64,000 nt of DNA from Lophium mytilinum (taxonomy: Eukaryota): contig MU004187.1 of the NCBI GenBank assembly GCA_010093605.1, forward strand, positions 744,001 to 808,000. The letters are read 5' to 3'. Positions 25,691 through 36,800 of this stretch are shown here, one piece after another; position 1 is the stretch's first letter; the number at the start of each line of letters is the position of its first letter. The notes beneath the pieces are model-generated. The model was not told the DNA's origin, did no database searches, and saw only the letters and a program-made list of their open reading frames with translations. Made by a program: the position numbers and the translations under genes.

Positions 25691-27792
25691 ATGGAGCCAT
25701 CCGATTCGCCAAAACAGAGCCATTCTGACCCTCGATACGCCGAGTTCCGCTCGCTGCCAGATGGCACTATGAGAGACGGGAAGCTTGCTTTGAACAAGTA
25801 CTCGAGCGTGCTAACCAACGACCATGATTTCCCCGGCGCACAGGTGAGACTGACCCGTCCGTCCGATCGCGCCACTTCAATTAATGCGCGTGACACAGGC
25901 AATGCTCTATGCTGCCGGCGTGCCCGATCGCCAGGCCATGAAGACAAGTCCTCACGTTGGAGTCGCAAGTGTGTGGTGGGAAGGAAATCCTTGCAAGTTC
26001 GTACAAAACATTCCCCGAGACCGAGCTCCACTTTACTGACTACCAACAGCATGCACTGTAGGTAAATACCAACATCAACTCCCCCTTCTCTCCAGGAGGC
26101 TCCTTCCATCGCATCCTAGCGTCCAGTTTACCCCGCAAGGATTTGTCTGACATCGACCGTGACCGACAGTGCTGGACCTCGGAAAGGCCGTCAAAGATGC
26201 AGTTCAGAAGCAGGGCATGCTGGCCTGGCAATACAACACAATTGGCGTCTCCGATGGTCTCACAATGGGCGGTGAAGGTAAGCTACTGTGCCCCTGCGGG
26301 ATCTGTAAGATCGCGTGGCATCCCCCAGGATACTGAGTCGTGCACAGGCATGCGTTTCTCGCTTCAAACTCGCGAAATTATTGCCGACAGCATCGAGACC
26401 GTCACCTGCGCCCAGCATCATGACGCCTGCATTGCTATTCCCGGATGCGATAAGAACATGCCCGGTGTTATCATGGCATTTGCGAGACACAACCGACCCT
26501 CGGTCATGGTTTATGGCGGCACAATTATGCCCGGCTACAGTGAGACACTTCGCAAGCGGATCAACATCAGCTCGTGCTACGAGGCGCAAGGTGCCTATGT
26601 CTACAAGACCCTAACCAGCCCTCATGATCCTAAGATCACTCCCGATGAGATCATGGAAGACTTTGAGAAGCACGCCTGCCCTACGGCTGGAGCTTGTGGG
26701 GGCATGTATACCGCGAACACCATGTCGACGTGCATCGAAGCCATGGGCTTCTGTCTTCCGAACTCGTCTTGCACTCCCGCTGCAGCGCCCGCCAAGATGC
26801 GGGAGTGCGCGAAAGCGGCTGCCGCAGTCCAGGTATGCATGGAGAGGAACATCCGCCCAAGGGACCTACTCACGAAAGCTTCGTTTGAGAACGCGCTGAT
26901 CATGATGATGATCCTTGGAGGCTCCACCAACGCTGTCTTACATCTCCTTGCTATGGCCGGCACAGCAGAAGTGCCACTGTCCCTCGACGACTTCCAGCGT
27001 GTGTCCAACAAGATCCCTTTCCTTGCGGATCTAGCGCCCAGTGGCAAGTTCTTCGTTGCTGACCTATACGACATTGGTGGTATTCCATCCGTCATGAAGC
27101 TCCTTTGTGCAGCTGGCCTGATGAACGGCGACATCATGACCGTCACTGGTAAGACTTTGGCCGAAAACATCGAATCTTTCCCATCCCTGCCACAAGGCCA
27201 GGAAATCATCCGATCACTAGACAACCCCATCAAATCTACTGGCCACATCGAGATTCTGCGAGGCAATCTCGCGCCCGCTGGTGCTGTCGCGAAAATTACT
27301 GGTAAAGAAGGCACCAAGTTTGTTGGCAAGGCGCGCGTCTTCGACAAAGAGGTAGAGCTCGACGAAGCCCTCAACGAGGGCAAGATTCCACGCGGGGAGA
27401 ATCTCGTTCTCGTTGTTCGATATGAGGGACCCAAGGGTGGCCCTGGTATGCCGGAACAGCTGAAGGCATCTGCCGCACTTATGGGTGCAAAGCTCACCAA
27501 CGTTGCGCTCATCACCGATGGTCGATATAGCGGTGCTAGCCATGGTTTCATCGTCGGTCATATCTGCCCTGAGGCTGCTGTTGGAGGACCGATCGCCGTC
27601 GTACGCGATGGAGATATTATCACCATTGACTCGGAAAAGAACTTGATCAACATGAACGTGTCGGATGAGGAGATCAAGAAGCGCCTCGCCGATTGGACCC
27701 CGCCCAAACCAAAAATCACCCGCGGTGTCTTGGCCAAGTACGCCGCTCTGGTCGGAGATGCATCTCACGGAGCCATGACCGATCTCTTCTGA
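25691..27792 (+). CDS. ilv3: Dihydroxy-acid dehydratase (IlvD/Edd family; ILV3 paralog with no obvious mitochondrial presequence), 5 exons including an 8-nt micro-exon
   Basis: LNKYS, GAQAMLYA, WWEGNPCNMHLLDL, TIGVSDG, SLQTREIIADSIE, GCDKNMPG, GACGGMYTANTM, GGSTNAVLH, YEGPKGGPGMPE, TDGRYSG, GHICPEA. Confidence 0.93.
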
Positions 27793-28649
27793 GTCTCGAC
27801 CGACGCACACGGCATGGAGTCTTGACCAAATCTGGGTTCCAGACCCCCTTGGATTTTACTTTTGCTACATTACACTTTTTCTTTACGAGGGACCGCATCC
27901 CTCCAAAAAAATTCCATTTAAGACTGGTTCAATCCATATACTCTACTCCCAAACCCCATTTTTCACCATTGCCATTTCGGATTTTTTGCTTCTCGCAGTG
28001 GGACGGGGATAGGAAAGACACATGGGGGCGCTAGGTCGGGGTCATGCATGCGAAGCCTGGAGTAGGGGCGTAGGGCACTTAGACAAAAAGCATTAGGGAG
28101 AATATGAATCTTGGATACTCACACTAAAGCCAGAGACACACTTTACACATCTATTTTAGTCTTTAGCGTTTGGGGATCGATCATGTTGATAACTCAAACA
28201 CGTGCATAGGCGCCGAGATCGGTAAGCGTGGGCGCTCGGACCACATGGGCTACAGCATTCCAAGAAATTCTTGATGTGCTCCTTTCCTCCTACTCGTCGC
28301 AGCTACACACTTACCTTTATAGGGACTGGCGAATCGCTCTTTCGCTTACACTACCATCCTTCGCAGATTCAAGATCGTATATGGGTCGGCCACACGCCTT
28401 TCACCGACGAGGTCGATGATGGGCGGGGGTTTATGATAGCAGCCGTTTGCGTACAACAAAGACAAAAGACGTCGGGCGAATTCTGAAGCCTCATTTGTGC
28501 GGACGAAGCAATCCATTCTCTCAAACTCTTTGTTTACTTAATAGCAGGACGTCAATTTGTTCCATATCTGCTTGATTCACGATTTTGAAAATTCGCTAGA
28601 CGGCCAATCTTCCTTCCCTGTTTTGTCGCTCACAGTTCCTGATCCCACC

Positions 28650-31059
28650 ATGTCGAGCGACGATGACAGAAGACGACGAGAGAAAAGTGCAGAAGAGGAG
28701 TACGACTATTTGTACGAAACTCTAGAACAACAGGACTACGACGCCATAACGAGGTTTCATGAGTACCTCAAGCATTTTCTAACGTACGGCGCTTACTGGA
28801 AAAGTAACTCTCAACGCTCCACCTCTGCGTTGTACTAGTTCTAACATGCACGTAGCGTGGCGAGGAAGACGGCGATTGATCAAAAGATGGAGCGAGATGA
28901 GCGAGGAAGAACAAATTGCGGCGATCGCTGAACCAGGTCCAAGGTCGCCCTCCCCCAGCAGCAGCGAAGATGGCCGGATCACTAAGGACATCATCGCAAA
29001 TGGGGAATGGGTGTACGTAAGCTCACGATGAAGATGAAAACTTTCCCAGCAATTCGTTTGTTTGAAAAACTACTTAGGGAGTATTCCGAGACGACCATGC
29101 TGGTGTCTTGGAATCCCCCGAAGAAGTGTCTCACGCAACAATTGTTCCAAGATGTCGACATCATTTTCCATATTCTGGTTCTGAAAGATTTGCTAACTTT
29201 ATTGCCACCTTAAGGTACGCTAAAGCTGTTTACCCCCGTTATGAGCATTACCGCAAGAGTTATTGGCCTCCTAGAAGACTTGTCTCCCTGTATGTCGATG
29301 TCGACGACCAATACAATGTCATCGATGTGGGTATATGCCGTTGTGTCTCACTCTATACATGCTTCAGCTAACGGCCTCACGTGACAGCGCATGATTGTTA
29401 AACGGCAAGATTATGCATACGATGATGATCTGGCAGAACTTCAGAATGAGATAAAGTTCCACAAAAAAGCGTCTCTTACGGGCTCCAATCAAATAGTACA
29501 CCTACGAGATGCGACCCGCCGCGAAGAGTTAAGCATGGTGTACATATATATGGACTATTCCCCAGGCGGAGATTTGTACACACTCGCGTGGAAAGCTGAG
29601 AACGAGAAGAAGTAAACCAATTCCAGCACCCACAAGAACCCCTTTACTGACGAGAATCACAGACAAATACCGGAGATATACCTCTGGATCATATTCGACG
29701 CCATTTCTGAAGCGCTCCACATTCTCAAAACCGGCCAGGCCGCCGTCTTCGATGACGTCGGGGAAGCCATAGAAGTAGAGAACAGCAGTGGCTGGGGCCA
29801 TCCACTCGTGCATCTAGATATCAAACCCGACAATATCTTCCTCGGCGCACCAACCGCGCCATACATGGGCTACCTCACCCCGCAGCTCGGCGACTTCGGC
29901 CAGGTGGCAGAATACTACGAAGGGGTCGATTACGACGATCTTAGGGGGGGTGGGACACCTGGATGGGGTCCACCTGTGAGATCGCCTTTTCGTCATCTTC
30001 ATTACTACATTGACGCTGACAGTGGCAAAGGAACAACGCGACCCACCCGAAGACATGTGGGAGGTGCCTTACACAGACTGGGCCGACGGTGCTCTCACAG
30101 AACCCCTTGACGACAAGTCTGACATCTGGACTCTCGGGCTCGTCATTTGGACTCTGATGCGCAGTAGCAGCTTTAACCACGACGAGATGGAAGCAGCTCG
30201 CGACGAGCTTCGCTTCGACGACGAGGAGAGGGAGAGTGTCTTCGCAGCGGACATTGTGGCCAAACTACCTAGATACGACGGCATGTACTCGACCAAACTG
30301 GAGGATCTGGTCAAGAAGTGTCTCGAGGTCAAGCGAGTTAGACGGCCAGATATTCTAGAACTGAGAGGGGAGACGTGTAAGGGGTTGCTCAAGGCACAGG
30401 AGGTCTTTGGGAACCCGGCTGTTGCGCGAAAAGAGGACTTGATGGAGCATTTGAGGTTGTCGTTCAGGGAGGAGATCTTCAAGATCGGAGGGCCGGGGCC
30501 AGAGAGGTGGAAGAATAGGAAGAAGAGGAAGGCGCCCGCTAGAGTCGATTCTCCAGTGACGGCTTATGGTGATTCTGATGGTGATGGCTCTGGGAGTAAG
30601 AGGAGGAAGACTCGTAGTGTTCATGGGGATGGAGAGCAGCGTGTCCAAGGCGATGACGATAACTCAGGCAACGTCATACGGCCATCGAACGATGAGGAGG
30701 ATGATAATAACGTCCCTGAAGCCCAGGGCCCCCAAATTGAGGACCCCAATATAGACCGCCCAGCAGGTCTAGTCCAGGTTGCCGCACCGACGGATCCGAT
30801 TCGATTAGGACTCCTCGACGCAGCTTTCAGCGGCGATCCAACAGGGAGATCCGGATTTCTGTGGTATAACGCTGTTTTGAGCGCTAGGGCTAAAGACGAA
30901 TTGAAATGGTACCTCGGTAAGTTCTTCCTGAAAAGTGGTAGAAAACGAGCTGTACTGACTGAGTGACCCTTTGAAGGTAAGGGCCGTTACCCAAGCCTAA
31001 TCAAGAAGTGGGACAAGTTGAACAATGACGATAAGGCGATGTACCGGCGCTGGACGTAG
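28650..31059 (+). CDS. Atypical Ser/Thr protein kinase (paralog K3) with N- and C-terminal HMG-box-like modules, ~7 exons
   Basis: ATG at 28650 (MSSDDD). Motifs MIVK, YMDYSPGGDL, IPEIYLW, HLDIKPDNIFL, GDFG, GTPGWGPP, KSDIWTLG, RRP. Last intron 30917-30976; last exon KGRYPSLIKKWDKLNNDDKAMYRRWT*. Clearly alignable to the gene at 15022-17135. Confidence 0.85.
29013..29214 (+). mobile_element. Candidate introner-like element (202-nt hairpin-forming spliceosomal intron)
   Basis: GTACGT donor, GCTAAC branch at 29192 and AG at 29213-29214 restore GEWVYAK. The intron is absent from paralog K2 (GEWVYAR contiguous), contains a long imperfect inverted repeat, and GTACG recurs at both junctions. Confidence 0.55.
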
Positions 31060-31477
31060 GACTTGATACCGCCGGTTCTTGTTGAATATTTGACGCTCGA
31101 GTGGTTTCCCGGGTTAAGTTTAGTCAGCTACTCGGCCTATACTATTGATGTCTCCACTATATCTACGGAAAGTAGTTTCATCTCTCCATCTTATTCGTTG
31201 TAAGATAGAACAGACGTACATCATGCCCTCAAACCTGGTCATTTTCTACAGCTGCTCTTCGGGTAAATCACGTGAGCTAAATTCACTTTTGAAGTGTAAG
31301 TGAATATGGAATGCAGAAGCCAACTGTCATCTTTGACGATGGACTACAAGCCGTGCTCTCCAAAACGCCCCGTTCTTCATTCTCTGTCATTTCTCTACGT
31401 CTGTCCAAACCTACTTGGCACCGCCTTGCCTCGTCTCGAATCCTTTGCATGTCTTGGCGGCATCTACAGCATACGTC

Positions 31478-32466
31478 TCATTGCCCAATTGAATTCAAAA
31501 AAGGCTCCAAGGCCTGCGGCACAAGAACCGTCGCGTCTCCAACGAACGACCAATCCCCAGCTTCCGGCCTCGCAATCCCCGCACTCTTAACCTCCATATT
31601 GAAAAACGCCACCCGAGCCCCCCTCTCTCTCGCCTTCGCTATATAAACAACAGCAGGGTACACCACAGCCGAAGTCCCAACCACCAGCATCAAGTCTACA
31701 TCCGTCACTCTGTCCTCCGTCGCCGCCGTCTCCTCCGTCTCGAAGTCAATCAGTTTCCCCTGAAGCCACTTCTCCACCTTCTCCTCGCGGTCCTCCGGCA
31801 CCCCCTCTCCAAACCAGAGCACAGCCGGCCTCAGCAGATTGCTTTCACATTTCGGACAATGTGGGAGCTCATCAACGCCAATATCCGGCAGCGGAACGCT
31901 AGCACCCGCAACATCAACACCACTCGGAAGCGCGAGCGCCGGCGTAATCGGACAAGTGAAATCCTCCACCTCATACCCACACACATCATCAACACATCTC
32001 ACGCGGAAGAGCAAGCCATGAAAATCCACAATCTGCGTCGCCGGATGCCCAGCACGTTTGCAAAGTCCTGCACCAATTCATCAGCACCGGACCACGACCC
32101 CACATACTCACTCTTCCACAGTGAATTTGAAGGAGCATAAGCATACACCCACCATCCCGCATTCTGATTCACAGCCACTAACCCCCCATTCACCCGCGCC
32201 AGCCTCGCTAACGCAACATGCGCCTCATTCGGCGCCGCCGCGAGCGCCTTTGCCCGGCTCCACTCGTAGTACCGCCACACGAGCGCCGGGCCGCCGCTGA
32301 ATTTCTGGAATGTGGCGAGTTGCGCCCCGGAATAGGCGCGCCAGAAGCTGGAGGGGCTGCGGTAGGTTGGGAGGCCGGAGGCGGCGGATAGACCGGCTCC
32401 GAAGAGGGCGAGGATGCGGGTTGAGGAGTCGAGCAGTTCTTGGGAGGGGGGTGTGGGTGGTTGCAT
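31478..32466 (-). CDS. Sirtuin (Sir2 family NAD-dependent deacylase, class III/CobB-like); possibly frameshifted
   Basis: GAGLSAASGLPTYR, PNEAH, NQN, FHG..FRVRC, CPKC..LRPAVLWFGE, VVGTSAVVYPA, FN. An extra G near 32157 disrupts the QNxDG/L junction at the expected intron donor. Confidence 0.8.
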
Positions 32467-33259
32467 GTCTGCTTCGTCTTCGAGGCGCTGGAGGTGGCGT
32501 TGGAGGCTTTTGTTGGCTCGGGTTCGGAGCTCGGTTTTTAGGGAGGGGGGAGGGGTGGGGGAGGCATTGGGGTGGAAGCTGGGGGGTTGGTAGAGGCGAT
32601 GGGTGGAGGGTTTGGGGAAGGGTCAAGTGGCTAGAGGGAGATAAGTGGGAGGGGACTTCAAGGTTGAAACTGTGTGTATGTGCGAGACGACTTATTATAT
32701 ATATATAATAAGCTGTTGCCTAATGGGCAACCCTGGCGCTTATAGCGTATTTTCTGCGTCTCTTACACTATAGGTTCCCCTAAGCCATTGTCTTTCGGTT
32801 TAGCTGCAAATATTGTAATTGGGTACCCTCGCGTATTTCTCAGACGCCATGATCTAAAGGGATCTAGATGCTAGTAACTGGCTTCTCTTATTCTTCTTGT
32901 TCTTCTCATTCTTCTCACATCTCTACTAAATAGCAGTTGCGTTCAAGAACTTAATGGGCTTTACCAGATCTGCAATGGATTCACATTAAGAAACATGCTA
33001 GTGCTGATAGATGCTGTCAAGGTGTAGTCCTTACCTGGTTCTTGCGCCTTTAGGTAGTCTAAGAGGTCACAACTAAAAGTAAAGTACTATTTGAATGCGA
33101 CCTTCATTTCCACGAGGGAGATATTAGTTCAATAGCCGGATGTGGCGGAGTCAATCAGCAAGAGAAGAGGAATACTGGACCAATGCTCTCCATTCTGAAT
33201 TAGATTGAAACTGACTTTGAGAGATAGATACTATCAAACTCAATCACAAAGCCCCACCA

Positions 33260-34533
33260 CTACCCATACAAACACTCATACCGCCACTCACTCTCCGGCA
33301 CATCCCGATACTTAATACTAGTCGGATGCTTCGGCCTCGCGGGCAGCACCCTCCTAATATACAACTCCCCCACATCCACCGCCTCCCCCCTCTCCTCGCC
33401 CTCCCCCACACAACACTCCAACACCTCCAACCGCGCCCCCGGATCCGGCGTCAAGAAAAACGGCAACGAATACCTCTCCGCCCCCGTCTTATTCCTCACC
33501 CGATGCACCGTCGCCACAAACCGCCCCGCCGTCTGCCGCTCCAGATACTGGCCCACATTGCACACAAACGTCCCCGGTACCGGCGGTGCATCCACCCACA
33601 CCCCATCCTTATTCAGCACCTCAAGCGCCGACACCTCGTCCTGCAACACCATCGTCAACCAACTAAAATCCGAATGCGCCCCCAAACTAACCGCCGCCGC
33701 CTCCTCCCCTTTCGTCGTCGTCGGCGGCAACGGCGGATAATGCAGCGCACGCATGCCCCAGATCGGAAACTTAAACAACCCATCAAACGCCGTCTCCGGC
33801 AGCTCAAACGCTAGCGCGAAGATCTGGATCAGTTTCGCGGCCAGCGGCGTAACCGCGGCATAGTACGCGTACATCGCGTCGCGGAACCAGGCCTCGCCCT
33901 CCGGCCAGATGTTCTGCGGCCGCGTGATGTTCGAGGGGGGCTGAGCTCCTGTCTTGGAAACATAGTTCTGCTCGGGCTCGAGCGGGCAGTCGCCCATGGT
34001 GAAGGCTTCCTTGGTGTCGCCTTGTGTGCGCGGGTCGAGGCGGGTTTCGAACATGGGCTCGAAGCCGCGGATGGCGGGGTTTTTTTGTACGTGGGCGGTC
34101 ATTTTGGTGGCGTGGGGGAGGGCGAAGAAGCGGGTCATTGCAGCGAAGGTGGAGGCCTGGAGGGAGGCGGGGAGGCCGTGGTTGGAGAGGTAGAAGAAGC
34201 CGGAGACGGTGCAGGCGGCGTGGATCTGGGCGGCGATGTCTTTGCGGGCGGCGAGAGAGGGGGAGGGGGAGTTGAGGGCGGAGATGTCGATGGTGGGGAT
34301 GGTCGTGAAGGAGCCGGGGGTTTTGGTGATTTTACGGTAGGTGGGCGTGGTGCCGGAGTGGAAGAAGACGTACTGGGGTTGAAGTCAGAGGGAGTGTTCT
34401 TGAGTGTAGTTGAGAGTGTAATTGAGATATAATTAAGAGTGTAATTGATTATGAGTCTAGGAATGCTATGGAGTATGAAAATGCCTACCTCGTCGTCCCC
34501 CGCTGGTGGTGGTTCTGTCAATGTTTCTGACAT
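33260..34533 (-). CDS. 2-oxoglutarate/Fe(II) dioxygenase (IPNS/DIOX_N-like), 2 exons (intron approx. 34488-34373)
   Basis: IPTIDI, ACTVSGFFYLSNHG, FFALP, KEAF, LHYPP, GAHSDF (HxD), VHRV and RYSLPFF (RxS). Confidence 0.92.
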
Positions 34534-35039
34534 CTTTAGATGAATTGTCCAGATTCTAAATTCACTCTACTATTCACTGGTCTACGAACAGTTCGAAAAC
34601 CCCTGGGGAGTTTCAATGTGTTTCTGAAGTTCGACGATATGCCGCTGCCGAAGTAGGTACTCACGACGGCGTATAGGATAAGGATACGCCGCTGGCGCTA
34701 GGGATGTAAGCTCCCGAAGGTGGGGAGACAGCCCCACCAAAGCCCCCCTGTATGTTGTTTATCATTCCCTCTTTCGCCGAACGGTGTCCAGTATAGTGCT
34801 ATCTGCAGCTATACCTCGATCATATCCATCGGACTTGTCCGTTCCGTCGGGTTCGCACCGAGTGACCGATTCTTCGTATCTCTACCTGGCTGTCGAGTCT
34901 CCAGGATGAATAGAAAAGATGCTGGGATCCAGAAGCTTTGCTACTGGAAACACTCTGTCCCATTTCTTCTCAATTGAACGAATTAGAGAGGTGAAGAGGC
35001 TGTACTACAACCCAGTTCCAGCTTTCATACTCGTTAAAG

Positions 35040-36800
35040 ATGGGCTACTGGAACGAGGTCTTCTCCTCCTCGTACGGCAAAGACAAGCCCAAGTTCTTCT
35101 GGTGGTATCCCGCCGACACCTCCAAAGCCGAGAAGAAACTTCTCACGAAGGTCGATTTCTTCATCCTCAGCTATGCATGTCTGGGATACTTCTGCAAATG
35201 GCTGGATCGTGCGTGACCACCCCATCCCCAACTTGTCAAAATCAGACTAACAAAGACACGACTTATAGAAGCCAATCTAAGCAACGCCTTCGTCAGCGGC
35301 ATGAAAGAGGACTTGCACATGTACCACAACGAATTCAACCTTGCAAACACGTGCTTCCAAGTCGGCGTTATCCTGGGCGGAATCCCCTCCAATTTGCTGT
35401 TGACTTGGGTACCGCCGCGGTACTGGCTCCCTGGGTGCGAACTCGCGTGGGGACTGATCACTATTGGCACGTACAAGGTTACGTCGTACAACCAACTGTA
35501 CCCACTCCGCTTCTTCCTCGGCCTCCTCGAGGGTACCAGCTTCGTGGGCGTCCAGTACGTCCTCGGGAGCTGGTACAAGCGCACTGAGCTCGGCAAACGC
35601 ACCGCCATCTTCGCTTGCGCGCCGTATGCGGGGACGGCGTTTGGCGGGTACATCTTCAGCGGCGTGAAGGCGACGATGGATGGGAAGAATGGGCTTGCGG
35701 CGTGGCGATGGGTGTTTATTATTGATGGCGTGATCACGAGTAAGTCTTCCGATCCCTCTAGTACTCCTCTCAGGAGATGGACGAGATGGAATCCTGACGG
35801 GTACAGTTGCCGTGGGGATCTACGGCTTCATCTTCTTCCCCGACACCCCAGAGGCAACAACGGCGTTCTACCTCAACGCGGAGGAGAAGCAGCGGTGCAT
35901 CGATCGCTTGGTGGAGGATGACCGTGAGCCGATTGGGGATTTTTCGTGGGGGCTGTTTTTGAGGGTTGTGAAAAGTTGGCAGTTTTATATCTTGACGGTG
36001 TTGTGGATGTGAGTACTCCAATGAGAAAGCCCTAGGGGTGGCGGCGATGCTGATGATGCACCCAGGTTCTGGAACACGACTGTTGGCAAAGTCGCGAATA
36101 CGGTATTCCAGCTCTTCCTGAAAAAGGATACAGAACACACGTGGTCCATCTACCAGGTAAATAACATACCGACTTCCATCAACGGTTTCAATATCGTCAT
36201 GGTCATGGCCGCGAATATTTACGCCGACGCGACGGGGAGGCGGATGGTGATGATTATGATAAACCTGGTAAGCTGTGTTTTCTCTTTATCCTGACAACCT
36301 TTTTCGAATATTAGCTGACGCTTCCAATCTAGGGCATCCTACTCTTCGGCACCATCTGCCTCGTTGTCTGGGAAATACCCCTCGGGCTGCGCATCGCTTC
36401 CTACCTCTTCGCCGGCTGCGACGGTCCGCTCTCTCCCATGTTCATGGCCTGGGCCAACATCCTCTGCGGGAATGACAAACAAGTCCGCGCTTTAACCATC
36501 GCAGTCATGAACTCGTTCGGAAACGCCCTTACAACCATCATCCAGCAGTTCCTGTATCCCGTGACGGATGCGCCGAAGTATAAGAAAGGATTTCCAGCGA
36601 GCTTGGGCTTCATCTGCGGAATGGCGGGCTGGGTATTCGTAGTAAGGTATTTTGAGCTGAGGACGCTGAAAAGGAAGGAGCTGGATGGGGAAGAGGTCGG
36701 CGAGGTGGACAGTCAGGGGGAGGGGTGGACGGGAGAGGAGAAAGGGAAGGCTGGGCCAGTTGGTGTAAAGGTGGGGGCCGTGAAGGAGCTAGAGGGTTAG
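35040..36800 (+). CDS. MFS anion:cation symporter (allantoate/pantothenate permease-like), multi-exon
   Basis: EKKLLTKVDFFIL, WLD|..NLSNAFVSGMKEDL, IPSNLLL, RFFLGLLEG, GSWYKRTELGKR, GLAAWRWVFIIDG, FFPDTP, YPVTDAPKY. Divergent from the dioxygenase gene. Confidence 0.9.

Noticed and set aside
26622..27810. 309-aa and 197-aa minus-strand ORFs
   Set aside because: Antisense shadows of the dihydroxy-acid dehydratase.
32695..32710. (TA)n microsatellite
   Set aside because: Short and ordinary.
25691..36800. Secondary-metabolite cluster with DHAD self-resistance
   Set aside because: No PKS, NRPS, terpene cyclase or P450 in the window.
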